DNA from: an uncultured Nitrospiraceae bacterium
GTDB taxonomy: Bacteria > Nitrospirota > Nitrospiria > Nitrospirales > Nitrospiraceae
Assembly (NCBI GenBank): GCA_963706325.1
Contig: CAVPLT010000004.1
Location: forward strand, 416,001-480,000
Direction: 5' to 3'
Length of the DNA: 64,000 nucleotides
The position numbers and the translations under genes were made by a program. Below the pieces are notes generated by a model, which was not told the origin of the DNA, ran no database searches, and saw only the letters and a program-made list of their open reading frames with translations. Shown piece by piece: positions 20,608-31,183 of this stretch (positions are counted from its first letter, which is position 1; every line of letters begins with the position of its first letter).

Positions 20608-21579
20608 TCACCTCTTCGGATAGACATAGTCGTGGTAGAAGTTCACGGATACGTTATCCAGACGCGCGATGGCATCTTCTGTTAGCACCGCGGTTGAGAA
20701 ATAGCGAGTCACGAGATGTGAGGCAATGCCGTGCTCATTCGTTCCCATGTAACGGATGGAAAGACCCGGCTCGACTTCTCCCGTTACCCCGCCCTTTTGC
20801 AAGCCGACGACACCTTGCTGTGGTTCACCGACGCGCAGGAGGAGGATGCTGGTCTTGCCTCCCTTGTCGATTTCCAATTTGTTGCTTGGAAGTAAGGGAA
20901 TTCCACGCCATGTTATGAATGGGGAACCGTAAAAATTCACGGTGGGTGGCGGCACCCCTCGCCTGGTCGCTTCACGACCGAAGGCGGCGATGGCTTTGGG
21001 GTGGGCAAGGAAGAACGCGGGTTTTTTCCATACCAGGCTTAGAAGCTCGTCGAAGTCATCTGGCGTGGGTGTGCCTTTCCGGCTGTTGATCCGTTGTCCC
21101 GGTACGACTTCCTTCAAGAGCCCGAAGTTCGGATGGTTAATCAACTCCCACTCCTCTTGCTCCTTAACCGCTTCTACCGTTAGCCGCACTTGCTCCCGCA
21201 ACTGATCGATGCGATTGCTGTACAGATCCGTCACGCGGGTATGGGTGTGGACAACTGTCTGGATACTACTGAGATGATATTCACGTGGATTCACTTCATA
21301 ATCGACAAAGGCCGTGGGGAGCTTTGGTTCGCCGCCATCGACGGTCAGCAGGTCGACATGCTCTTCTCCAAAATCGTTCTCCGGCGTGCCTTTAGCTGCC
21401 TTCGCCACCCTGTTCACGCGATAGACTCCGCCATCGATATTCACCCAGGGGAGAAGTTTGCGCAGCCACCGCGGGGTGATCTGCACCATCTGTGGAACTG
21501 TGACCGTCGCGGTTGCCAGATTGCGCGCTGCTTTGGCGCTCAAACTCTGTTGTCCTGATGCACTGGATCGTTCGCTCAT
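20608..21579 (-). CDS. family 2A encapsulin shell protein (SrpI/MMP-I type)
   Basis: AARNLAT...PQM..ITPRWL..LPW, YRVNR, DYE.NPREY, TRVTDLY, FGLL; ~323 aa without a cNMP-binding insertion. Confidence 0.93.
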   Translation of the reverse strand: MSERSSASGQQSLSAKAARNLATATVTVPQMVQITPRWLRKLLPWVNIDGGVYRVNRVAKAAKGTPENDFGEEHVDLLTVDGGEPKLPTAFVDYEVNPREYHLSSIQTVVHTHTRVTDLYSNRIDQLREQVRLTVEAVKEQEEWELINHPNFGLLKEVVPGQRINSRKGTPTPDDFDELLSLVWKKPAFFLAHPKAIAAFGREATRRGVPPPTVNFYGSPFITWRGIPLLPSNKLEIDKGGKTSILLLRVGEPQQGVVGLQKGGVTGEVEPGLSIRYMGTNEHGIASHLVTRYFSTAVLTEDAIARLDNVSVNFYHDYVYPKR

Positions 21580-21706
21580 CGTGTCGTCCTTTCCATGGTG
21601 TTGGGCAGGTGCCCTGAAATCGTTCACTCACTACGCTTCTTGGCCCACGTCCTCACGTGATGCCCTCCAAGAATCCGGCATGGTCTGGGGCGGCTCGGTC
21701 GCCCGA

Positions 21707-22222
21707 TTATGGCTTCATCCCGTGCCCAGGAATAATCGTGAAGACACGCCGGTCGAAGCGCAGGATTCCGCTGTGTATGAGATGTTTTCTGGCAAAATAG
21801 CAGGCGTCGTTGATGAGAAATTTCGCCGGAAAATTATCCACTCCATCGATCACCACCGAATAATTACGAACAAGATCCAAAGCGTTGGCGGCCATAAACC
21901 GATCCTCAAACAGCACCACTTTGACGTCCGGATTCAGTGCCTCGATCTTTTCCTTGGCCGAGAGGACCTTGGGGCGTCCCACATCGGGCGTGTGATGAAT
22001 GACCTGTCGCTGAAGATTGGAGAGATCAACGACGTCGTTGTCGATCAGTCCGATGGTGCCCACGCCGGCTGCAGCCAGGTACAGAGCTGCCGGTGAACCG
22101 AGGCCACCGGCGCCGACGATCAGAATGCTTGCCTGCGAGATTTTGTTTTGCCCCTTGCCTCCCACCTCCGGAAGCAAGATGTGGCGGCTATATCGGGTGA
22201 TTTGTTCGTCGAAAAAATTCAT
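21707..22222 (-). pseudogene. moeB: C-terminally truncated MoeB/ThiF sulfur-carrier adenylyltransferase
   Basis: RYSRHILL, GAGGLGSP, SNLQRQ present; stops at 171 aa before the CxxC Zn motifs and active Cys. Confidence 0.75.
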
Positions 22223-22283
22223 ATGTCGCTTTCATCTGCATGCCAGTCATCAGCCTGGAGCTGACGGCTGAGAGCGTTCCTAC

Positions 22284-23213
22284 TTAGATATTGAAATATT
22301 TCTCCATGCTGATGTATCGCTCGCCCGTATCGCAGATCACCGTCACCACGCTTTTACCTGGACCGAGTTCCTGTGCCAGCTTCTGGGCGGCATAGACGTT
22401 TGCGCCGGACGAGATGCCTCCCAGGAGGCCCTCTTTCTTTGCCAGGAGCTTGGCGGTCTGGTGGGCCTCATTGTCGGTGACCGTGATCACCCGATCGAGG
22501 ATCTTCTGATTCAACACCTGCGGGATAAACCCCGCGCCGATGCCCTGAATTTTGTGGGGGCCTGGCGCGCCGCCTGAGAGAAGCGGAGATCCGCTCGGCT
22601 CCACCGCAACGATGTGAATGTGTGGATTGCGTTCCTTGAACACTTCCCCGCAGCCGGTGATGGTCCCGCCTGTGCCCACCCCCGCGACGAAGGCGTCGAA
22701 CCGGCCGTCCAGGGCCTCCCAAATCTCCACGGCCGTCGTCTGCCTATGCGCAGCCGGATTAGCTGGATTGGAAAACTGGTCGGGCATGAAGCAAGAGGGA
22801 TGCTGCGACACAATCTGCTCCGCTTCCTTGATAGACCCTTTCATGCCATCGGCGGCGGAGGTCAGCACCAATTGCGCGCCATACGATGAGAGGAGGCTCG
22901 CGCGCTCCGCGCTCATGCTCTCCGGCATCACCAGGATCACCGGATACCCACGGACTGCCGCGATGAGCGAGAGGCCGATCCCGGTATTTCCGCTGGTCGA
23001 CTCGACGATCGTCGTGCCGGGTTTGAGCCGACCGCTTCGTTCCGCTTCACTGATCATGCTGAGGCAGATTCGGTCCTTGACGCTTCCCCCAGGGTTGGAG
23101 AATTCGACCTTGGCATAGATAGTCGCCCCGCCCGCTGGCGAGAGCCGGTTCAGTCGAATCAGCGGCGTGCGACCGACCAGGTGTGTAATGTTCGGTTGTG
23201 CTCGCTGCGTCAC
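22284..23213 (-). CDS. cysK: cysteine synthase
   Basis: PGGSVKDR, STSGNTG, GVGTGGT, HKIQGIGAGF, DTGERY. Confidence 0.95.
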   Translation of the reverse strand: MTQRAQPNITHLVGRTPLIRLNRLSPAGGATIYAKVEFSNPGGSVKDRICLSMISEAERSGRLKPGTTIVESTSGNTGIGLSLIAAVRGYPVILVMPESMSAERASLLSSYGAQLVLTSAADGMKGSIKEAEQIVSQHPSCFMPDQFSNPANPAAHRQTTAVEIWEALDGRFDAFVAGVGTGGTITGCGEVFKERNPHIHIVAVEPSGSPLLSGGAPGPHKIQGIGAGFIPQVLNQKILDRVITVTDNEAHQTAKLLAKKEGLLGGISSGANVYAAQKLAQELGPGKSVVTVICDTGERYISMEKYFNI

Positions 23214-23410
23214 CGGCCACCGCCCATGTAAAAGAGAAATTCCAGACGGTCGCCAGGCCGCAGCGGTGTAGAGCGCAACTGATCACGTTCGATCAGCGTC
23301 TCGTTCAATTCTACGGCGACCATCTGCGGGTCGATTTGTTTCGCCTTCAACGCGTCCAGTACGACTGACCCCTGGATCTCTTCTGATTTTCCATTGATCT
23401 CAACGAACAT
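23210..23410 (-). CDS. thiS: ThiS/MoaD-type sulfur carrier protein
   Basis: 66 aa, VAVELN, C-terminus FYMGGGR. Confidence 0.85.
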   Translation of the reverse strand: MFVEINGKSEEIQGSVVLDALKAKQIDPQMVAVELNETLIERDQLRSTPLRPGDRLEFLFYMGGGR

Positions 23411-23447
23411 AACCTCGGTTCTCCAATCGGTAGGGAGTGCCGTCCAT

Positions 23448-23867
23448 TCAAATGAACAACGAGGTCTCGGCGCCGGCTGTCAGTGCCAGAATCGCCGGCA
23501 ATCCCATGACGCTGTCAACCTGCTTCGTGACGGCGTCCGCGCTCACACCCATGTATTCAAGGCCCGCGCTGCAGGCCACCAGTCGGAAGTCACCGACCGC
23601 TCGGGCTTCCTGGAACATCTCAGACACGCGCGGGACTTTCTTTTCCTTCAGCAGCCGACGGACTTGCTCCGCAGATGCCTCATGCTCGGATGAAAAGTCG
23701 ACCTCATCGATTCGTCCTTCCGCCAGTTTACGAATCGTCCAGAAGAGCAGCACCACCGTGACGTCTTTTCCCATCGCGGCCGCAGTCAGTCCCAACGTGC
23801 CGACCTGGTGGAGGGTGTCGTAGGTGGCGTTGTGCGCAAAGATCACGAAACGTGGTTTCTGTGTCAT
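23448..23867 (-). CDS. DsrE/DsrF/DrsH-like sulfur relay protein
   Basis: [27 protein letters not shown] overlap with the upstream gene. Confidence 0.8.
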   Translation of the reverse strand: MTQKPRFVIFAHNATYDTLHQVGTLGLTAAAMGKDVTVVLLFWTIRKLAEGRIDEVDFSSEHEASAEQVRRLLKEKKVPRVSEMFQEARAVGDFRLVACSAGLEYMGVSADAVTKQVDSVMGLPAILALTAGAETSLFI

Positions 23868-24946
23868 GACGCAACCTTCTGCGAGCCGAGCCGTCCGTAC
23901 CGGATCAGCCGATCGCGGACGATATTGCGGCTGATGCCGAGGAGTCGGGCGGTCCGGAGTTGATTCCGATCGCAATACTCGTACGCGGCATGAAAAATCG
24001 TGTCATCAATCAGTTGATACAGCTGAGGCCGTTCTTCCTGGAACAACTGCTGCAAGGTATCGGTGAGGGCAACCAGTGACCGGCCGGCCGTCTCTGCCCC
24101 GACTGCGACGTGAGGGCGTGAGCTTGGCAAACGCAGATCCGCCGGGCTGATTTCTGTGCCCGGGCAGACTACCAACGCGTGATGAATCGTATTTTCAAGC
24201 TCGCGGATATTGCCCGGCCAAGGGTAGGTAAGCAGTCGGTCTGTGGCTTCCGCCGAGAGTCGGGCATCTGTAAAACCCAGTCGGGGCCCGTATATCGAGA
24301 GGAAATAGTGAGCCAACGGCAGAATGTCGCCGGGACGCTCTCGCAACGGCGGGAGGTTCACGGTGGCGACATGCAGTCGATAGTATAGATCCTCGCGGAA
24401 CCGTCCTGCCGCCACGGCTTCGTCGAGGTTCACGTTCGTCGCCGCGATCAATCGCACATCGATGGCAATCGGTTGGCGTGATCCGATGCGTACCACCTCC
24501 CGCTCCTGGATCACCCGCAGCAGTTTGGCTTGAAGCGTCAGCGGGAGATCGCCGATTTCATCCAGAAACAACGACCCGCCCTCGGCGGTTTCGAACCAGC
24601 CGGCCTTGGTGGTGATGGCGCCGGTAAAAGCGCCGCGTTCATGACCGAAGAGTTCGCTTTCCATCAGGGACTCAGTGATCGCCGCGCAGTTGACCGCCAC
24701 GAACGGACCGGTGCGTCGAGCACTGAGTTCGTGAATGTGGCGCGCGATCAGCTCCTTGCCGGTGCCGGTTTCGCCGATAATGAGCGCCGTGGCCTGGCTG
24801 GGGGCAATCCGCTGAACCAGCTCCAGGAGGGCCTTTGATTTGTCGTCTTCGAAAACCAGGCAACTCGCCCTGATCGAAAGGGCGAGCGTTGTCGGGTCGG
24901 AAGCGGCTAATACCTTTAGCGCGCGTTGGCTGTTCGTCGTGGTCAC
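23864..24946 (-). CDS. SfnR-like sigma54 enhancer-binding protein without a receiver domain
   Basis: [12 protein letters not shown]-terminus, [22 protein letters not shown]-terminal HTH; GTG start with AAAGGA RBS. Confidence 0.85.
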   Translation of the reverse strand: MTTTNSQRALKVLAASDPTTLALSIRASCLVFEDDKSKALLELVQRIAPSQATALIIGETGTGKELIARHIHELSARRTGPFVAVNCAAITESLMESELFGHERGAFTGAITTKAGWFETAEGGSLFLDEIGDLPLTLQAKLLRVIQEREVVRIGSRQPIAIDVRLIAATNVNLDEAVAAGRFREDLYYRLHVATVNLPPLRERPGDILPLAHYFLSIYGPRLGFTDARLSAEATDRLLTYPWPGNIRELENTIHHALVVCPGTEISPADLRLPSSRPHVAVGAETAGRSLVALTDTLQQLFQEERPQLYQLIDDTIFHAAYEYCDRNQLRTARLLGISRNIVRDRLIRYGRLGSQKVAS

Positions 24947-24962
24947 GTTGTCCTTTCTGGCC

Positions 24963-26030
24963 CTATTCGACCGGCTCGGGAAACACGCGAAGCGACTTCG
25001 GCCGGATGAACACACGTTCGCCGGTGCTGAGGGCAAGATCCCGCCATTGTTCCTGGCTGACCTCCCCTTCGATTACCTCGCCGTTGTCGGTCCGTATCAT
25101 TTCCAATCGGGCGACGGCTCCCACTGGTTGTATTCGACCGACGGTGGCCTCGATGGCCCCGGTTCCATCGGAGAGGCGGTGGAGATCGATTTCATGCGGC
25201 CGCACATAACCGATCGCCGGCCCATCAGAAATGCCGCCTTGCTCGCGAAGCGCCAGGTCGAGATCCCCGACCTGCACCCGGCCTTCATGGACCCGGCCGT
25301 GAAACAGATTCACGCCGCCCAGAAAGTCATAGACGAACGGGCTGGCTGGATGTTCATAGACCTCCTCGGGAGTTCCGATCTGTTCGATACGTCCCTTATT
25401 CATGACGACCACCCGATCCGCCACCTCCAGGGCCTCGTCTTGATCATGGGTCACGAAGACGCTGGTCACGTGGAGGTTCGTGTGAAGTCGCCGGAGCCAG
25501 CGCCGGAGTTCCTTGCGGACCTTGGCATCGAGCGCGCCGAAGGGCTCATCGAGCAAGAGGACCGTCGGCTCGACGGCCAATGCGCGCGCGAGGGCGACTC
25601 GTTGGCGTTGCCCTCCAGATAGTTGTCGTGGATAACGATCTCCCAACCACTCCAGCTGCACAAGTTTGAGTAATTCACGCACCTTGGCGTCGATGGTGTC
25701 CTTGGGTGGCCGCGTGGCTCTCGACCTCACCCTCAGACCGAACGCGACATTCTCAAAAACGGTCATATGACGAAACAGGGCGTAATGCTGAAAGACGAAC
25801 CCCACGCCACGTTCGCCAATATGGCGATCGGTGACTTCCTGATCGTTGAGCAGAATCGAACCGGTCGTCGGGCCCTCCAAGCCGGCCAAGATTCTCAGCA
25901 GGGTGGTCTTGCCGCATCCCGAAGGCCCAAGCAGGGCAATCAGCTCACCGGTGTTGACGCGCAGATTGATCTCCTGCAGCGCGGTAAAGGTTCGGAAGGT
26001 CTTCGTCACGTTGCGTACTTCGATGCTCAT
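24963..26030 (-). CDS. cysA: sulfate/thiosulfate ABC ATPase
   Basis: [43 protein letters not shown]. Confidence 0.95.
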   Translation of the reverse strand: MSIEVRNVTKTFRTFTALQEINLRVNTGELIALLGPSGCGKTTLLRILAGLEGPTTGSILLNDQEVTDRHIGERGVGFVFQHYALFRHMTVFENVAFGLRVRSRATRPPKDTIDAKVRELLKLVQLEWLGDRYPRQLSGGQRQRVALARALAVEPTVLLLDEPFGALDAKVRKELRRWLRRLHTNLHVTSVFVTHDQDEALEVADRVVVMNKGRIEQIGTPEEVYEHPASPFVYDFLGGVNLFHGRVHEGRVQVGDLDLALREQGGISDGPAIGYVRPHEIDLHRLSDGTGAIEATVGRIQPVGAVARLEMIRTDNGEVIEGEVSQEQWRDLALSTGERVFIRPKSLRVFPEPVE

Positions 26031-26902
26031 GGACGGTGCTCCTTCTGTTCAGCCGACGAAGTCCATTCCACCAGGCTCTTGGCGGCCAAGGTGACCACAG
26101 ACAGCAACGCCAGCAGTGAGGCGACTGCAAAGGCGGCCACATCGTTGTATTCGTTGTAGAGAATCTCGACGTGGAGCGGCATCGTATTGGTTTCGCCGCG
26201 AATATGCCCGGATACGACGGACACCGCTCCGAATTCTCCCATCGCTCGTGCATTGCAAAGAATGACGCCGTAGAGCAGGCTCCATTTGATTGACGGGAGC
26301 GTCACGCGCCAGAAGGTTTGCCAGCCGGTTGCGCCTAGCACGAGCGCCGCTTCTTCCTCGTCCTTGCCTTGCGCTTGCATGAGCGGAATCAGTTCGCGTG
26401 CGATAAAGGGAAACGTGACAAAGATGGTAGCCAGCACGATGCCCGGCACCGCGAAGATGATCTTGATATCGTGCGCGGCGAGCCAGGGCCCGAGGGCACC
26501 TTGCAAGCCAAAGAGCAGCACATAGATCAATCCCGCGACCACCGGTGACACGGAGAAGGGAAGATCGATCAAGGTGATAAGACCTGCTTGCCCCAAAATT
26601 CGAATTTGGCAATGGCCCATGCGGCCGAAATGCCGAAGACGACATTCAGCGGGAGGGCAATGGCCGCCGCCAAAAGCGTGAGCTGAATGGCGGCGATCGC
26701 ATCCGGGTCTTGAAACGAGGCCAGGTAGGTGCCAAGGCCATGCTTCAGCGCTTCGAACAGGATGGCCGCGAGCGGCACGAACAGAAATAGGCCCAGGAAT
26801 GCCAACGAAACCACGATTAGCCCCAGCGGACGAGGGCCGGCTCGGCCCGGTCGAGGCGATACGGGGAACTCTTTTCTCTAGGCTCAAGACACCGGTGGTC
26901 AT
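26027..26902 (-). CDS. cysW: sulfate ABC permease CysW (apparent frameshifts ~26845, ~26822, ~26582)
   Basis: [29 protein letters not shown]-terminal part split across frames. Confidence 0.85.
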   Translation of the reverse strand: MTTGVLSLEKRVPRIASTGPSRPSSAGANRGFVGIPGPISVRAARGHPVRSAEAWPWHLPGLVSRPGCDRRHSAHAFGGGHCPPAECRLRHFGRMGHCQIRILGQAGLITLIDLPFSVSPVVAGLIYVLLFGLQGALGPWLAAHDIKIIFAVPGIVLATIFVTFPFIARELIPLMQAQGKDEEEAALVLGATGWQTFWRVTLPSIKWSLLYGVILCNARAMGEFGAVSVVSGHIRGETNTMPLHVEILYNEYNDVAAFAVASLLALLSVVTLAAKSLVEWTSSAEQKEHRP

Positions 26903-26919
26903 ATTCCCTCCAAGTCCGT

Positions 26920-27756
26920 TCAGAATGCTTCCTGCCGTCTGCCACTCCACCACTGCAGTCCGTTGATGAGTAGGAGCAGAATGAACGAAGCCACCAGCAT
27001 CACGACCGCAATGGCCGTGGCGCCGGCATAATCGTATTGTTCCAGTTTCGTGATGATGAGCAGCGGCGTGATTTCCGTTCGCATCGGCATGTTGCCGGAG
27101 ATGAAGACGACGGAGCCGTATTCTCCGACCGCTCGGGCGAAGGCCAACGTAAAGCCGGTCAGCAGGGCCGGCAACACTTCCGGAAAGATCACCTCGGTGA
27201 AGGTTTTCCAGCGGTTGGCTCCCAGCTGGCGGCGGCCTCTTCGATCTCCTTCTCGAGATCTTGCAGCACCGGTTGGACAGTCCGCACCACGAAGGGTAAG
27301 CCGATAAAGGTCAGGGCTACCAGAACTCCCAACGGTGTAAAGGCGACTTTGATCCCCAGCGGTTCCAGATACTGCCCGATCCATCCGTTGACCGAATAGA
27401 TGGCGGTCAGCGCGATTCCGGCAACGGCCGTCGGAAGGGCAAAGGGCAGATCGACGAGCGCGTCCACGAGCTTCTTGCCGGGAAACGAGTATCGCACGAG
27501 GACCCAGGCCATGATCGACGCCGAAGACCGCATTGATGAGGGCGGCCAGAAAGGAGGCCCCAAACGTGAGCTGGTAGGAAGCGACCGTCCGAGGGTCTGC
27601 GACGGCCGACCAGAACTGGTCCCAGCTCAGGGTGGACGTCTTGACGAACAGACCGGTCAACGGGATCAGCACGATCAGGCTGAGGTAGAACAGCGTGAAT
27701 CCGAGCGTGAGGCCGAATCCGGGAAGCACGCTAGGTTGTTTCAAGACGGTTGACAT
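26920..27756 (-). CDS. cysT: sulfate ABC permease CysT (compensating frameshifts ~27519, ~27225)
   Basis: [10 protein letters not shown]-terminus; [13 protein letters not shown] in the alternate frame 27189-27563; [11 protein letters not shown]. Confidence 0.85.
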   Translation of the reverse strand: MSTVLKQPSVLPGFGLTLGFTLFYLSLIVLIPLTGLFVKTSTLSWDQFWSAVADPRTVASYQLTFGASFLAALINAVFGVDHGLGPRAILVSRQEARGRARRSALCPSDGRCRNRADRHLFGQRMDRAVSGTAGDQSRLYTVGSSGSPDLYRLTLRGADCPTGAARSREGDRRGRRQLGANRWKTFTEVIFPEVLPALLTGFTLAFARAVGEYGSVVFISGNMPMRTEITPLLIITKLEQYDYAGATAIAVVMLVASFILLLLINGLQWWSGRRQEAF

Positions 27757-27781
27757 GATCTCTCCTTCTGATGCCTGTTGC

Positions 27782-27804
27782 GCCGGTCACTGGAGGTGAC
27801 CGGC
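27782..27804 (-). terminator. intergenic hairpin between sbp and cysT
   Basis: GCCGGTCAC-TGGAG-GTGACCGGC, perfect 9-bp stem. Confidence 0.5.
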
Positions 27805-27832
27805 ATTCATCACTACGACCTGCCGGCTGCGC

Positions 27833-28864
27833 TCATTTTCTGGTACGCGAAATCTCCTGATAGATCTGGTCGAACAATCCCCCGTCGGCAAAATGGACCT
27901 TGTTGGCTTTGTGCCAGTCGCCGACGATGTCCTTGAGGGTGAAGAGCGTCACCTTAGGAAACTGATCGGCATATTTGGCGGCCACTGCCGCCGATTGTGG
28001 ACGATAGTAATGTTTGGCCGCGATCTCTTGCCCTTCTTCGGAGTAGAGATATTCGAGATAGGCTTGAGCGACTTCTTTTGTGCCCTTCTTGTCCGCCACC
28101 TTGTCCACGACGCTCACGGTGGGCTCTGCGAGAATGCTGGTCGGCGGCACCACGATCTCGAATTTGTCTTTGCTCAATTCGGTTCCGCCCAAGAGGATCT
28201 CGTTTTCCCAATTGATGAGCACATCGCCGATGCCCCGCTCCACGAAGGTGGTCGTGGCGCCCCGCGCGCCGGAGTCGAGCACCGGCACGTTCCGATAGAG
28301 GCGGGAGAGAAAATCCCTGGCGGCGGTTTCATCGCCGCCGAATTTCTTGAGCGCATAGCCCCAGGCGCCTAGATAGTTCCAGCGTGCGCTGCCCGAAGTT
28401 TTCGGGTTGGGTGTGATGACGGAGACGCCGGGCTTGACCAGGTCGTCCCAGTCCTTGATGCCTTTGGGATTCCCTTTGCGGACCAGAAAAATGATGGTCG
28501 AGGTGTAGGGTGCGCTGTTATGGGGTAGCCGAGCTTGCCAATTTGCAGGGAGCAAAGCCGATTTTTCGGCGATGGCATCGACATCGTGCGCCAGCGCCAG
28601 CGTCACGACGTCAGCTTGCAGCCCGTCGATGACGGCCCGCGCCTGTTTGCTCGATCCACCGTGGGATTGCTTGATGGCAATCGTTTGACCGGTTTTCGTC
28701 TTCCATTCTTTGATGAAGGCGGTGTTGAACTCCTGATACAGCTCCCTTGTCGGGTCGTACGACACGTTCAGCAATGACACTGTCTCTGCCGCATCAACCG
28801 GTGCAAATGCGGCCAGAACTACCACTACCGACAATGAACTGATCACCTGTTTGAACGTCATCAT
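27833..28864 (-). CDS. sbp: sulfate-binding periplasmic protein
   Basis: [33 protein letters not shown]. Confidence 0.95.
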   Translation of the reverse strand: MMTFKQVISSLSVVVVLAAFAPVDAAETVSLLNVSYDPTRELYQEFNTAFIKEWKTKTGQTIAIKQSHGGSSKQARAVIDGLQADVVTLALAHDVDAIAEKSALLPANWQARLPHNSAPYTSTIIFLVRKGNPKGIKDWDDLVKPGVSVITPNPKTSGSARWNYLGAWGYALKKFGGDETAARDFLSRLYRNVPVLDSGARGATTTFVERGIGDVLINWENEILLGGTELSKDKFEIVVPPTSILAEPTVSVVDKVADKKGTKEVAQAYLEYLYSEEGQEIAAKHYYRPQSAAVAAKYADQFPKVTLFTLKDIVGDWHKANKVHFADGGLFDQIYQEISRTRK

Positions 28865-29041
28865 GATCTCCTTGGTTCCGACTGAGGTATGTTTGTTCGA
28901 TCAGGTCCACGACCTGTGTACAGTCTCCTGATCGAAGGTGTTCGAGAGAAAAAGGTCGCTTCGATGGTCAACAGTGATCTGGCGTGCACATGCCTGAGCA
29001 TGAGCGGGCATTGAATAGAATCGTTGCCCGATTGAGTCGGT

Positions 29042-30076
29042 TCATTTTGCTTGCCCCACTTCCTCTACGGCTTTCGTCCAGGCCCCTTGCGGACTGAACA
29101 GTGCCGCGAAGATCTGGTCCCACCCTCCAAGGTCTCCGATCGTGAACACATGGGGAGGGTGGGTGAAGGCGGCGGCCGAGGTCTTCACCACGTTCTCGTT
29201 TGTCGGGCGAAAACCGAACTCAACGAAGGCCTGTTGGGCTTCCTCGCCGTTCAGAAAGAGCACGAATGCATCGGCAAGGTCCCGGACATGATGACGGTCG
29301 GCGTTCCGATCGACGACCGCGATGGGGTTTTCGACCACAACGGTCTCAGCAGGAAAGATCAACTCATAAGGGCGCCCCTGTTTGATCCGCGGCAGTAATT
29401 CGTTTTCATAGGTGACAATGACGTCGCCCACGCCGCGCTCGAAGGTCGTGACGGATTCGCGACCGCTCTTATCCATGACTTTGACGTTCCGTTGCACCCG
29501 TTTGACGAGATCGACGGCGTGCTGATCGACCGCGGAGCCGGCAAGACCTTTTTGCTTTCCCTGGTTGAGGCCCGCGCCGTAGATCGCAATCACATCCCAC
29601 ATCGCTCCTCCGGAGGTTTTCGGACTGGGATAGAGGACTTCGACACCGGGCTTGGTGAGATCCTCCCAACCGTGAATGGCCTTGGGATTTCCTTTTCGAA
29701 CACCCAATGCGACGATTGAAGTCGTCACGATGCCTTTTTGAGCGCCTTGCTTCCAGTCGTAGGTCACGAGACCGGCCTTCACCAGTTGATGGAGATCGCT
29801 TTCCAACGACAGCGCCGCGATGTCCGCATCGAGGCCCCCCACAATCGCGCGCGCTTGCGCGCCCGATGCGGCAAAGGAGCTTCGAATCTGAATCGTTTCC
29901 CCTGTCTTCTGTTTCCACTGCTGGACGAAGGCAGGGATGATTCGTTTCTCGTAGGCTTCCTTCGGCACGCTGTAGGCGGCGAGCAGGAGTTCTCTAGTGT
30001 CAGCCCCGGCGATGGCCGGCAGGATCGTGAAAAAAGATATCAGCGCCGTGAGGCGGGTGATGGTTCTGGCGTTCAT
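29042..30076 (-). CDS. second, divergent sulfate/thiosulfate-binding protein (Sbp/CysP family)
   Basis: SFAASGAQARA, PSPKTSGGAMW, TYENE, GGWD. Confidence 0.88.
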   Translation of the reverse strand: MNARTITRLTALISFFTILPAIAGADTRELLLAAYSVPKEAYEKRIIPAFVQQWKQKTGETIQIRSSFAASGAQARAIVGGLDADIAALSLESDLHQLVKAGLVTYDWKQGAQKGIVTTSIVALGVRKGNPKAIHGWEDLTKPGVEVLYPSPKTSGGAMWDVIAIYGAGLNQGKQKGLAGSAVDQHAVDLVKRVQRNVKVMDKSGRESVTTFERGVGDVIVTYENELLPRIKQGRPYELIFPAETVVVENPIAVVDRNADRHHVRDLADAFVLFLNGEEAQQAFVEFGFRPTNENVVKTSAAAFTHPPHVFTIGDLGGWDQIFAALFSPQGAWTKAVEEVGQAK

Positions 30077-30121
30077 GGTGATACAGACTCCTGTGATGCG
30101 TAAAAAAATATCCGTCGCTGA

Positions 30122-30424
30122 CTATTTCCTGTCGAGCCAGTGCATGAGGTCGAGTGGCCGGTGATCGACTGCCTCGACTTGACGCCCTCGTTTCTGGAAG
30201 AAGACGGGAAGCCCGCGGCGTGTCGCTTCGGTCCGAACTTTTCTTGCCAGGGTGTGGTTCACGCGATCCAGCACGACCACCACGGCTTCCGTGTCCTTGG
30301 GAATGGACTTTGTCAGGTCTCGAGTCTTGCGCCCGCTCCAATGTTCGACGCATCCATGGCCGCCGGCGTGCGCCCGCTGTGTGATCGCATCCACCGAATC
30401 GCCACCGACGACCAAGATCGACAT
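30122..30424 (-). CDS. DUF2325-like protein
   Basis: MSILVVGGD, HWSGRK, DRVNHTL. Confidence 0.75.
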   Translation of the reverse strand: MSILVVGGDSVDAITQRAHAGGHGCVEHWSGRKTRDLTKSIPKDTEAVVVVLDRVNHTLARKVRTEATRRGLPVFFQKRGRQVEAVDHRPLDLMHWLDRK

Positions 30425-30448
30425 GGAACTCCTTTCTTCCTCGAATCC

Positions 30449-31183
30449 TTACGGATGGGGTTGAGAAACTTCTTTGTTTCGATCCAAGCCAGGTTGGGCC
30501 GGCATATTGCTCAGGGCATCGCGATATCGAATCTGCAGTTCCTCACGCTGATCAGGCGCGAACAGGCTGCCGGCGGACCTCACTTTTGCGAGGTATTCTT
30601 CCGGTTCGAAGGTCACGTCGAATTCCGCGGAGGCCTCGGGCACGTTAGGCAGTTGGCGTTCGTATTTGCCGATATCCGGCCCGGGACCATGCTGGTCGTG
30701 GGCTTCGCTGAGGGAGAGATAAAGAATCTCGTCCCTTACCGAGATCCAACCGGTGGTTGTTTCTTCATTGCCTTGATCGGTTGGATGGCTCAGATGGAAA
30801 TAGATACGTTCTGACGGTGCCGCTTGCGCCAATGCCTTAGAGAGAGGATAGGCTAGGATGTTGATTTCCTCATCTCGAAAGACCCTGCGCCGGTCCGATG
30901 GGCCGGCAAAGAGTCGATGAAGAGCGTTGCGACGTTCCCATGACCTCACCCCGCGCAGCAAGGTGCCGACTTCAGTCGCCGTGAGTGAAGCCGGGTGGGT
31001 ATTGGAGGTCGAGTCAGGGTCCGGCTCGAGCAACACGGTGTTCAAGCCAGATTGATGAATGGTCTTCTTGGGTGGCAACGGCTTGCTTGCGCATCCAGCG
31101 AGCAGGGATAGTCCCACAATTATTGCACTCACGCGGAGAGACCATGTAATTGATGGATTTTGATTCTTTTGGACCGACTTCAT
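30449..31183 (-). CDS. lipoprotein, paralog of 37744-38421
   Basis: LAGC lipobox; HPASLTATEVGTLLRG, ERIYF, TGWISVRD. Confidence 0.8.
   Translation of the reverse strand: MKSVQKNQNPSITWSLRVSAIIVGLSLLAGCASKPLPPKKTIHQSGLNTVLLEPDPDSTSNTHPASLTATEVGTLLRGVRSWERRNALHRLFAGPSDRRRVFRDEEINILAYPLSKALAQAAPSERIYFHLSHPTDQGNEETTTGWISVRDEILYLSLSEAHDQHGPGPDIGKYERQLPNVPEASAEFDVTFEPEEYLAKVRSAGSLFAPDQREELQIRYRDALSNMPAQPGLDRNKEVSQPHP

Noticed and set aside
20608..21579. Phage capsid or family 2B encapsulin
   Set aside because: No phage genes nearby, a cargo desulfurase is adjacent, and there is no cNMP-binding insertion
22243..22270. Hairpin sharing a CTCCA loop with the 27782 hairpin, as a repeat family
   Set aside because: Only two instances with unrelated stems; probably ordinary intergenic hairpins
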